From Camelus ferus (Eukaryota): a DNA stretch of 64,000 nt. The notes under the pieces were generated by a model, which had not been told where the DNA came from, searched no databases, and saw nothing but the letters and a program-made list of their open reading frames with translations. Within the stretch, counting starts at the first letter, position 1; each line of letters opens with the position of its first letter. Positions 1 to 11,070 of the stretch are shown piece by piece. The stretch lies in the NCBI RefSeq assembly GCF_009834535.1, contig NC_045696.1, forward strand, positions 35,342,001-35,406,000. Reading direction: 5' to 3'. Position numbers and translations under genes: made by a program.

Positions 1-267
1 TTCACCCTGTTCTTACCTGCCTGTATCACAGATCTTCCCATTGCTACAGTAACAATGGAAATGCCTTACAAACTATTTCATAAGTATTTACACTTTATAT
101 TTTTACTATTTGTGGTATAAATTGGTGAAGATCAGGCATACAGCAGGGAATCAGGAAAACTAACTTGCCTAGATTTTGTTCTCAAAGGGACTGAGTCACT
201 TATCTGAGTGTATAAAATATTGAACATTTTCTAGACCACTTCTGAAATATCTTTTTGTTCCAACATC

Positions 268-313
268 AAAAAAAAAAAAAAAAAGAAGAAGAAGAAGAAG
301 AAAAAGAAAAAGA
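268..313 (+). repeat. Poly(A)/(GAA)n microsatellite
   Basis: A-run followed by GAAGAAGAAGAAGAAG and A-rich tail. Confidence 0.9.
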
Positions 314-796
314 ATTAGGCTATAGGATCAAGGCAGATATCCTAACAATATTAAGAAGTTCTAGGTTCATCCCTTCATGGTTGTGCCCGATTTAATCTGC
401 TTCCCTGATTTGCTGGAATGATTTTCTACTTCGAGCTGCCTCACAGTCTCATGGCACTCTCTTGCCAGCCTCACCTAGCCCACTCCTACACCTGATGCTG
501 GGCGGCATTTTGTCATCCCATCTTCTCCATTTACATCCTGTCCTGGGGCTGCCCGTCAGCAACAAAAGCATAGCTCAGTCAGCACCAGCTAACCAGGCTG
601 GGCCCAAGGGGATGTACACTGCAGGTGGATGAGTGAAGACTGTCACCCCGTGATCATCCCATGAGACCTTGCACATTCCTTACATGGCGCTAGATTTGTC
701 TGCAGTTATTGATTCACTTGAGACATTGGAGTTGGGACGATGAATTGCTTTACATATTGCTATTTTGAAGACAGTGTCTGGAATGAAAACGTGATA

Positions 797-1045
797 AGAA
801 TAATACCTAAATTTATTGAGTGTTTATTGTCATCAGGTATCATTAAATGCTTTTTACTTTAACAACAAAAAGGTTTGAAGATAAAGTTGTGACGATAACT
901 ACCTATGAAGAAGGTACTACTTGTATCCCCATATTACTGATGAGAAAACGAATAAGTCTCAGAGAGAATAAGTCATTTTCCTTATGGCACATAATTCATA
1001 AGAGAAAAGATGAGATTTCAACCCAGAGAATCTGGCTCCAGGTTT
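797..1045 (-). mobile_element. MIR SINE (degenerate)
   Basis: Reverse-orientation MIR hallmarks: atttattgagtgtttat..., aacctatgaag, atccccatattactgatgagaaaac, gatttcaacccag...tctggctcca. Confidence 0.75.
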
Positions 1046-1469
1046 ATTAAAGACTAAAGACTGTTTATGTGGCATTCAGTAGGAGTTTACCAATTATAAA
1101 ATGAATTAGTAAGTTCTTAGGACCAAATGGTACAAGGTGGTTAAAACTGTGACTGTAATACAGATGGACTTTGACTTTCCAAATTAATAGCTTTATGTGT
1201 CTGAGTAAATTCTCTCAACTTTGTCTCTTTGCCTTCATGGCTAATACATGAAAAATATAGTACATGTTAATCACCAAGCTGTTGGATAAGTTTCCATTCT
1301 ACCATGTACTTAGAAAATGAAAACAAGAAATATTATTGAACTATTTTAATGTTTATCATAGTAGTCAACCAATTTTCACTATTCTTACTTTTGATGTGAC
1401 TATTATTTTAAAAGGTTCTATATATATCTTCATTGTTTGGGGACTATACCCTTTTCAGTTCAATTTAGA

Positions 1470-2670
1470 AAAAATTTTTTAAATCAGTCTCATGTGCAAG
1501 GCATTTGGATTATCTAAAGAAAAACCAGAGTTCTGATGCTCAAGAAGCTTATGCCGAAATTATGGAGCCTGATATATATATAAACATATTATTGATGGTA
1601 CAATGTAAATTTGCAGGTTAATTATATAAATAAAATAATCTTAGGTTACAGAAATGTAGTAATAAATGCTAACCAAAGAACTGAAGAATGATCTATACAA
1701 ATAACATCTCAAGTAAATTACACTAGAGGATTACCATCCATTAGAGGAGGATGGAGGAGATGGGGAACACTCAACCAGTTAAGGAGACAAGAAGAATAAA
1801 GCCAGCGTACTATGAAGGTGCCTCATGACCAGAGTTCAGCCCATGGCAGGGAGGAAACGGGAAAATGGAGCTGAGCTTTGCTGAGGATTTTGAATACCTT
1901 GCTAAGGAGGTCAGGCTTTATTTTCTGGGAACTGGAGAATCAACTGAGCTTTAGATCAGGAGTATAAATGATTGGATTTTTATTTTAAAGGGATGAATGT
2001 GTGATTGTGTTTTGTGTTGTTTTGTTTTGTCTTCCTCTCCTGAAAAGCTTGAGAAGTTTCTGGATGCAGGGATGCAGGAATACAGAGATGAGTTTCCTCC
2101 CAAAGTATAAGAAGGCACATTAGAAATGTGAGAAAGAAATAGCAAAGAAAGATTTTAAAGGCAGTATAGCTGTAAAACCCAGAAGAATGGTGACCGCTTG
2201 AATATAATCATTGAGAAGAAAGAAACAAACTGGATATAGCAGTAAGATTCTTAATACATAAGAAGTAAGTGGAAGTAACATTAATTGAGGGTCACAAAAA
2301 GAGTGGGATTATAATGAAGAAATGGGCTTGACTTGCACCATAGAATTTAGAGATGTTTGTAGAAATTTCACGTGGAGCTGTTTAGATATTAGCTAGTGGC
2401 TGAACAGAAGCATAAAAGGAACAGAAAAGTCAAGGAAAGAGAAGTTGTGTGTATGCAGAATTGAACGGGAAATTAGATCAAAGGCTACAGGCAAGTCGTA
2501 CACAAGATAAGTTTGCGGAGAGGCTGGGCAACGCAGCAGTTAGAAAATCACTGGTCATTTTTCAGTTTGGTCTTAGCTGAATCATGAGGGCAGTAGCTGC
2601 TTGCAGTGAAAAGAAGAGAGAAGTAAATTAGAGGTGATAAAGTGGATTACAAATTCAAGGAGTTTGGCAG
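1470..2670 (-). mobile_element. L2 LINE remnant (highly degenerate)
   Basis: Purine-rich tract with reverse-L2-like phrases (ttgaataccttgctaaggaggtcaggcttta; agaaaatcactggtcatttt; caaggagtttggcag). Confidence 0.5.
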
Positions 2671-2719
2671 AAAAGGAGATACCACATTTCTCCACTGCTC
2701 TACATCCTCCAGTCACTTC

Positions 2720-3268
2720 CAGTCTCACTTCAAATGAAATACAAAATTCTCATCACAGCCTAGAAGCCTTTACATTGTTTGGCCCTCTGATAATTTCTAA
2801 ACTCATCTCCCCACACACTTTCTCTATGAAGCCCTACAGCTAACTCTCCTGTAGCACATGGATGTCCTGGCTATTTCTCCAACAAAACACACAGGCCTTT
2901 GCCTGGCTCAGGTCTTTGCATTCATAATTCCTGTGATTTCCCCAGTTATTCACAAGGAACTACATTAATTCTTTTTGATAAATATTACCTTAACAAATAG
3001 TGTTTCCATGCCACCTCATTTTTAAAAAAACCTACTCCCTTCCATCACTTACTATCCTGTCCTGTCCTTTTTAGCTTTTATTACAACCTGACATCTTAAA
3101 AATGTATTTTCCTTTTAATCCTCATCCCAACCCTCCCTGCCTTTCCAGAACGTAAGCTACGGTAGAGGAGTTTCCTCTGTTTTGTCCAATGCTATATCCC
3201 TAGTACCTAAAATAATGCCTGGCATATACTAGGTGTTCAATAAATATTGATTAAATGCATGAATGAAA
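2720..3268 (+). mobile_element. L2a-like LINE 3' end
   Basis: Ends ...tttgtccaatgctatatccctagtacctaaaataatgcctggcatatactaggtgttcaataaatattgattaaatgcatgaatgaa, the typical L2 3' terminus. Confidence 0.8.
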
Positions 3269-3917
3269 GTATGATAATATGGGGCTCTACTTAGAAAGAG
3301 GAATTGAGGTAAATAAAGGATTTTTTTCAGTTGAAGGCAATCTTAAGACTCTGTGTCTGGAAAGAATCAATATGAGGGAGAGACTGATGACAGCTTGAAA
3401 GGAGACAGGGTCTAAATAGGCAATGGAACAATATTCTGGTAGGGTGTGCAGAAGAAAGTTGGATCAGAGCAACAGGTCAGGGATAAATCTCAGAAAGGAA
3501 TAGGAGAAATCCTCTGTCTGAAATTTAAGGGAAACAAAAGGGATGGATAGAAAATAGAATCTGAAGAAGAAAATTGGAAGCATTGGTTTACAAACTATGA
3601 AGGATTCAAGAATTCTGAGATAGGCTAGAAGGAAAGGTAGGGCAGAAGCTTAAGGAGATCAAGGGAAGGGAAACCTCGAACACACTGCTTAGAGTGAGGA
3701 GAGAGGATTGTAGATTTCCTGGAAGTCAGTCCAGGGCAGAATTCTTCCCTCCTCATCATTTGCCTTGCAAATTGTTTTCAGTATGATCACCTTTCCAGAA
3801 CAGAGCCATGTGTACCATTAAAATGAAATTTTATTCTACTAAGTTTTTCAGCTATAGTCTATTTTTTTGCAACAAGCTAATATGGGATGTCAATGTATTT
3901 TACTCACTGAAATTAAT

Positions 3918-4062
3918 CTATATACGATATATATATATATATCTTGATTCTTGCATATATCATATATGTATATATTATGTATATATGTGAATATATGTGT
4001 GTATATGAGTATGCATATATATAAATATATATATGTGTCTGTAAGTATATAAATACACATAT
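3918..4062. repeat. Degenerate (TA)n/(TATG)n low-complexity tract
   Basis: Runs of TATATA, TATG and TGTA units. Confidence 0.85.
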
Positions 4063-4329
4063 TTGTCTTCAAAACAGTGGATACAATTAGCTGGTCTTTG
4101 GGTTTTCTTAGAATTACCTAGTGGACTTGCAAGAACCTAGGATCTTTTTATCTTGAAACTGAATTTTCTGTTTGATTCCTGGCAGAAGCCATCATCATCT
4201 GTTCAGGATGATGGCTGTAATTTAAGCTTTAATGGGACAGACCACAGAATATTTATCCCCCTCTGATGATCCAGCTGCTCTACTAGATGTTATCATTTCT
4301 TTTAACTGTTCTGGCATTAGAAAGCAAAT

Positions 4330-4790
4330 GACAACATTTTTTTCTATCTATAAAGTAGTATATCCATGTTAAAAGACAAGGAAGAGCATACAACAAAGAA
4401 CATAAAAATTATCCATGATTTTACCATTAACAATATAATTGTTTTGCAATTTTTATTGGTGTTTTCCTTTCTAACCTGTTTTTCTGTGTATATGTCCAAG
4501 TTTTTAAGTGTTCTAACTAATGATGTATACAGTTCTACAGTCTGTTTTTTTTTACATTCCCCATCATTAGCGTTTTTTTTCAGGTAACTAAATTCTCTTG
4601 GAAACGCTTACTTTTTATAGCTGTGTAACATTCTGTCCTATGTCATTTATTTAACCATTGTTCTATTTGGAATTTCTTTGATTTTTCTTCTTGTTATAAA
4701 TATTACTGTAAAATTTTTTCTACATAAATTATTTAAGGACATGAGTTTTAAAATTCTTTGAAATATCATTGTTTCTGTGAAAGATTATCA
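4330..4790 (-). mobile_element. Old L1 (L1M-type) fragment
   Basis: T-rich tract with reverse-L1 phrases (tttttatagctgtgtaacattctgt...tttatttaaccatt...tgttataaat). Confidence 0.5.
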
Positions 4791-6489
4791 TAACTGCTGA
4801 GTTTTTGTTCTTAAACATCATCAGACAGAACAGGGGATACTGATACTTAATTTCATATTTATATATTGATGCTGATAGTGTCTAAGAAGTGACATTTTGG
4901 ATTGTTACATTATCTTACCCAAGTATTGATAGTTGGTAATTTTCATGAACTTGTGTCCTGTTTTGTATTAATACATTTGTTAAACTTAATAAAAACTAAA
5001 AGAAATAAATTTTGTGCCATATGTGTTCTTGGACACACTAAGTTAGTAAATTCAGTATGTGAAACATGCTTTTTATAATCATGAGGAACAATATTACTAT
5101 AAATTTTTTTGCAAATAGTGGATAATATTGTCATCAAGTTTAATATTTGGACACTGAGAGTTAGTTTGAAAATTGTTCTGTTTAAACAAGTCGATTTTTT
5201 GCATTAGAATATTCCCTGATAGCATTAAAGTAGATATTATAAGTCTTTCAGAATATACCTTGTAAATGATACACAGTTATATGAAAGATTGCTTTTTCCT
5301 CGGTGGAAATATCCTGCCCCGTTGCATTTCAAGAGCTATTTCTTTTTGTTGCTCTTGTTCCAGGAACATAAGTGCTCCTGAGTGAATGTGTAATGTTGGT
5401 TGAGAGAAGAGAATAGAGGAGAATAAATCTCACATGTTTCTATTTGGAATTCATCAATGGCATCTGCTGATGTTCAAGGCGGGCAAAGTTGCTTAAAATG
5501 CAGACTTTCTGCTGTTTCCACCACAATCAATATCACACATCTTTCATACTTTAGAGGGCAATTTTACTGTAAATCTTCTTACATTCCTTAGGTGATAAAT
5601 GGCAGGCTTTTAGGGACCAGACCATTTCAACTAACATGGCAACCATATTCCTATGGTAAAGATCTATTTAAAATAAAATGGACTTTGTTTCTAATATAAT
5701 TGCAAGAAAAGAAAAGAAGACTGACCACCATTCTTATCACTTCTGCTGCCAAATCATCAGATGGTGCTTAGTTTTATTTGATTGTGTCTGTGGTTCTTAT
5801 TGGAACTTAAAATGCTTTTCTTAGAGCACTGTAGTGTGAGGGAAAGAAAGCCTTTGGAGAAACATTGTACTTTCTCCTGGATCATTTAACATCTGCTGAA
5901 GGCACATAAAATTCACAAAGTTTTCTAAATTCTATCATTTTCTTCTGGTGAAACTATTCCTCTATCCAGCCCAAACCTCCCATAGGCACAAAGTATTACA
6001 GTTTACAGTAAGGAACAAGCTGCTGATGCCTAGAAAGGGGATTCAGAATTTCTATGGCGATTGTTGCAGAGCTGAGCTCCTGGTCATTGGATAACCATTT
6101 TGATTTTTGCAGAGATCTTGCAGGTAGAGATGGTGAGGGGATGTAAAAAGTAGCTTGAAGTTTTCAAGAACGATGTAACCTAAAATATTTAAAGCCTGAT
6201 ATATGCTTAGTTCAGCTTAAAAATAAAATTTCAGATTTTTAAACCATTTTCAGATTTGTGTAAAAAAAAAAAGGAAGGCTTGAACTGACCTTACAGGACA
6301 TTTACTTATTTGTTTTGTCCCTTCTAAGGAAATCATTTTTTATAGAGGAGGTATTTGTAGATGACAGATGCTGTGTCTCCTGTGACTTAAAAGATTTGCT
6401 TTTTTAGAAGACAGTGTTATTTTTGGTTTTGAGTTGAGGGTAGAGAAAGATAATAGAGGGGACATCATGGTAGTCAATCCCTCAACTGA

Positions 6490-8548
6490 TTGGTATTGAA
6501 TGATTAAAAAAAGTTGTTTTTGAAAAAAGTCCTAAGACAGTACAATGAGGAAATGATACTCCTTTCAACAAATGATGTTAGGATAACTGGACATTTGTAT
6601 GCAAAAGATTAAAGTTGGATTTTTTTCTCATACTTACATACAAAAAATTAATTAAAAAATTAGATAAACCTAAATGTAAGAGCTAAAATGATAAAAGAAT
6701 TAGAATAAAACACATTATAAATGTTCATGTCCTTGGATTAGGTAATAGTATTTTGGTTTCTTTGATATGTGGAGTCACAGTAAATACAGGGATGGCAAAT
6801 TTTTTTAAATAGCTAAACTAACATTTATCAAAAATAAAAATGGTATTTACTATATGATCCAGCAATCCCACTCCTGGGCATATATCCAGAGGGAGACTTA
6901 ATTCAAAAAGTCACCTGCACCCCAATGTTCATAGCAGCACTGTTTACAATAGCCAAAACATGGAAACAATCTAAATGTCCATCGACAGATGACTGGATAA
7001 AGAAGTTGTGGTATATTTATACAATGGAATACTACTCAGCCATAGAAAAGAATAAAATACTGCCATTTGCAGCAAAGTGAATGGCCCTGGAGAATGTCAT
7101 TCTAAGTGATGTAAGCCAGAAAGAGAAAGAAAAATACCGTATGAGATCACTCATATATGGAATCTGAAGAAAAAAAAAAAAAGACGAATGAACTTATTTA
7201 TAACACAGAAACAGACTCATAAGCATAGAAAACAAACTTATGGTTCCAGTAAGGAAGGGGGTGGGAAGGGATAAATTGGGAGTTTGAGATTTGCAGATAC
7301 TGACTGGTATATATAAAATAGATAAACAAGTTTATACTGTATAGCAGAGGGAACTATATTCAATATCTTATAGTAGCTTACAGTGAAAAAGAATATGAAA
7401 ATGAATATATGTATATTCACATATGACTGAAGCTTTGTGCTGTATGCCAGAAATTGACACATTATAAACTGACTATACTTCAATTTAAAAAAAAATAAGT
7501 CACAAAATGCCAAAAAATAAAAATAAAAATCTTTATGTTATAAATGATAACATCAAGAAAGTAAAATGAACTCACAGACTGGAAGAAAATATTAATGTAT
7601 TTGATAAGGGACTGGTGTTCCAGATATACAAAGAATAGTTACAATTTAATAATAAAGAAAACTCCATTAAGAATTAGCAAGGGCTTTGAATATATATTTC
7701 TTCAAAGAAGATATACATAGGGTTAATAAGGACATAAATGATGCTCAGCATCATTAAATATTAGGTAAATGTAAATCAAAACCACAGTGTTCATATCCAC
7801 TAAAATAGCCTTTATTAAAAATACAGATAATAGCCAGTCCTGGGGAGGAGGAGGAAGCATTGGACTTCTCATTCACTGTTGGTGAGAATGTAAAAGGATG
7901 TAACCTCTGTGGAAAACAATTTTCATTTCCTCAAAAAGTTAAGCGTAGAGTTACCCTATGACACAGCAGTTTTGCTCCTAGGTATGTACCCAAGGGAAAT
8001 AAAAACAAACATTGACCCCAGGATTTATGCATGTTTCCTAGCAGAATCATTCACAATAGCCAAAAATGGAAATAACCCCAATGGTTATCTACATACAGAT
8101 AAATGGATAAATTAAATGTAGTATATCTATACAATGGAACATCTTTTTGTGAATAAAAAGGGATGAGGTATTAATGTATGCTACAACATAAATGAATGTA
8201 GAAATTATTTTGCTAAATGAAAGAAGTCAGACACCAAAGATTACCTATTGTATGGCTTTATTTTATGCAATTTACAGAATAGGCAGAGCTGTAAAGACAG
8301 AAAGTAGACTCGTTGTTGCCTACAGCTGGATGCTGGAGGCAGGGGAGGAAGAGCTAGTGTTAACTGGGGAGTGCTTGCTAATAGGTATGAGTTTCTTCAG
8401 GCGTGATTAATATGTCCAACGTTTTAGATTGTGGTAATGCTTGTACAATACTGTGAGTATACTAAAAATAAATAAATAAATTGCACATCTTGGTTAATCT
8501 TATAATATGGGAGTTACATGTCTCAATAAAAATGTTTTTTAAAAAAAT
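6490..8548 (+). mobile_element. Old L1 (L1MB-like) ORF2 3' part plus 3' UTR, interrupted by a younger L1
   Basis: ORF2 remnant phrases (ctttcaacaaatgatgttaggataactgg; aaatcaaaaccaca). ORF 7909-8115 reads KKLSVELPYDTAVLLLGMYPRE, like the L1 ORF2 C-terminus. L1MB-type 3' UTR ends tctcaataaaaatg...aaaa. Confidence 0.88.
6842..7518 (+). mobile_element. Younger 5'-truncated L1 (cetartiodactyl/camelid-type 3' end)
   Basis: Well-preserved tatgatccagcaatcccactcctgggcatatatccag...gggataaattgggagtttgagatttgcagatact...ctgactatacttcaat plus A-tail. Flanked by a 12-bp direct repeat AAAAATAAAAAT (6830-6841 and 7519-7530). Confidence 0.92.
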
Positions 8549-10615
8549 GAATGTCAGAATCTCAAAATACGGTTTTTAAGAGAAAATTGGTATGAAATTC
8601 TTGATTGGAGGACAGGCCAGGAACTTACGCAGTCCCTGGATTCTAAACACAGAGATCTATTTCGGTTCCCAAAGAACCTAGCGAGTCATAGACGGAGTTA
8701 AGTTCTCACTTTGTTCACTTGACTAAGCAAATGCCTCTGATGACTTGCAAATAGAAAGCCCTATCTTATTACATAAAAAGATTAGATTTTTTGCGATTAT
8801 CAGACAACACTCTGAACAGACATTTTTCTTAGGACAGTAGAGCAGTCTCAGTGATTCCAGGGTATTCTGCACTCACAATTTTTGAGGAGTGGGAAGCAAT
8901 TATTAGTGATTTCATGTCTGTTTTCTCGTTTTGACAAGGAAAAGGAAAAATAAAATATATTTTATTTTCATACTATTACAGTAGCATCAGTATTTGTGTG
9001 ACTCTGCAAATGGCAAGAATCTCACCTAAAGAATTCATTTATTTTTCCAAGTTTTGTGTTGGGGAATGTTTGTGAAAACTTTACATGAGATCTTTACTTG
9101 ATCTCTATATGTGTGCACCTTTACATACATATGTATATGTGTATATGGACAATAGTATCTCAAAAAAGTTTGCAATTATCCTCTTAGAAATGAAAATATG
9201 AGACACAAATATAGTGGTTCACTTGAACGAGTCTGAAGCAGAATGCTTAAATTCCTCTCAAATATAGTGAATCAGTGACCATCTAAAAATAATTGTAACT
9301 AATGTCAGTGTATCTCAACAAAAGCTAGAAGTAGACAAATGCAGAGAACTTCATATATTTTCTGGCAACATGTGTTTAAGTCTATCATTTATATTAAAGT
9401 TAATCTAAATACATTTTTGCTATAAATTGTAGTATTCTCCTGCCTACGCCCACCTCTACCATTTATTTTTGAGTAATCTTGGGCAAACATTTTTAAGCCT
9501 ATGGAGCTAGGCGTATTAATCAGGTATAACAATGTTTGGGAAGAACAGAATTTTGTTCTAGTTATAAAACAAATGGGCCCATTTATATTGTTATCTATAA
9601 ATCTTTTTCTTCTATTAAATATTTTGTGATTCTGTGCTTCCAAGTAGTTATAGAATTTTAGAAATGGATATAAAAGAGTGATAAGATTATTGCTATTCGC
9701 AGTGTGTACAGCATTCTTAAAGTATCTCTAGGAAAAAACTTTCTGGGATTTCTAAATCCAATAAAAGCCATTAGGCATTTCTGAGAGAAGCACACAAATA
9801 AATGGTAACGACTCTTCCAAGGTTACAAAGAAAGAATTCAGGAAAAAATTATTATAGTTGTACAGGGTAATGATGTACAGAATAATTTATAATACATATA
9901 TATTTAAAACATATACCAAGAAAATTAAGAACTTAGATGAAATAGATATTGAAGAAATATAACAAAATTAGCATAAAATAAAATATAAAATCTGAATTGA
10001 CAATTAATAAAATAGCCAACAAAAATATGTAAGACAACGAGAGTGAAAATTTTAAAACATTGCTGAAATGAATTAAATAAGACCTAAATAAATTGGAGAA
10101 ATTGAATTCATTTTTTAAAGCTTTTCCATGAAGATATCTCCAGACTCAAATAAATGATAGTATTGGTGATTCCTATTAAATATTCAAGGCATTGTACACA
10201 GCACTGTCAGAAAAGAGAAGGAAGAAACACTTTCTAACTCATTTTACCAGGCCAGCATATCCCTAATGCTAAAACCTGAAAAAACATTACAAAAAACAAA
10301 ATTACTGATTAATATCTTTGCAGTAATTAATTACTGATTAATATATATGCAGAAATCATTAGCAAAACATTAGCAAATTGAATGCAGAAATACATTAAAA
10401 GATAACAGACTATGACTATGTAGGATTTATCGTGGGACTACAAATTTGTTTTAACATTCATAATCAATCATTGTAATTTACCATATCAGAATAAGGGATA
10501 TAAACCATATGATCCTTCTAAAAGAAGCAGGAAAAAAAATTAACAGCATTCAACATTCATTCATGATGAAAGCTTTTCCCAAAATGTTTTCAGCTAACAT
10601 CATAGTTAATGGTGA

Positions 10616-10987
10616 TGTTGATGGCTAATTTTATGTCAACCTGGCTGGGCCAAAAGGTGCCCAGGCATTTGGTCAAATATTTTGGGTGTTTCTATGAGGA
10701 TACTTTTGGATGAGATTAACAGTTAAATGGGTAGATTTTGAATACTCAGCAGATTGCTCCCCATGATGTGCTCCTCTGAGCAAGAGAGAATTCTACAGTA
10801 GACTGCCTTCAGAGTCCATCTGCAGCATTGACCCTTACGGTTCTACAGCAATTCCTTTAGACTCAAACTGGAACATTGGCTCTCCTGAGTCTCCAGCCTG
10901 CAGCCCTACCCTAAAGAATTTGTCCTCGCCAATCTTCATAATCACGTGAGTCAATTAGTAAATCTCATTTTTATACTCATGCTTGCG

Positions 10988-11033
<46 letters not shown>

Positions 11034-11070
11034 ATTGGTTCTGTTTCTCTGGAGACCAATAACTAATGCA
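10616..11070 (+). mobile_element. MLT2 (ERVL) solo LTR nested in the L1
   Basis: Starts TGTTGATGGCTAATTTTATGTCAACCTGGCTGGGCC and ends CCTATTGGTTCTGTTTCTCTGGAGACCAATAACTAATGCA, matching MLT2 termini (TG...CA). L1 sequence resumes colinearly afterwards. Confidence 0.9.
10985..11030. repeat. (GC)6(AC)17 compound microsatellite
   Basis: Directly visible, at the usual simple-repeat position near the MLT2 3' end. Confidence 0.97.

Noticed and set aside
380..780. Moderately GC-rich block with NFI-like and MARE/ARE-like motifs
   Set aside because: The TGGC..GCCA spacing is wrong for NFI and the MARE match is imperfect; it could be an unrecognised old LTR. Support is insufficient.
7909..8410. ORFs with L1 ORF2-like peptides
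   Set aside because: Frameshifted remnants of a dead L1, not host genes.
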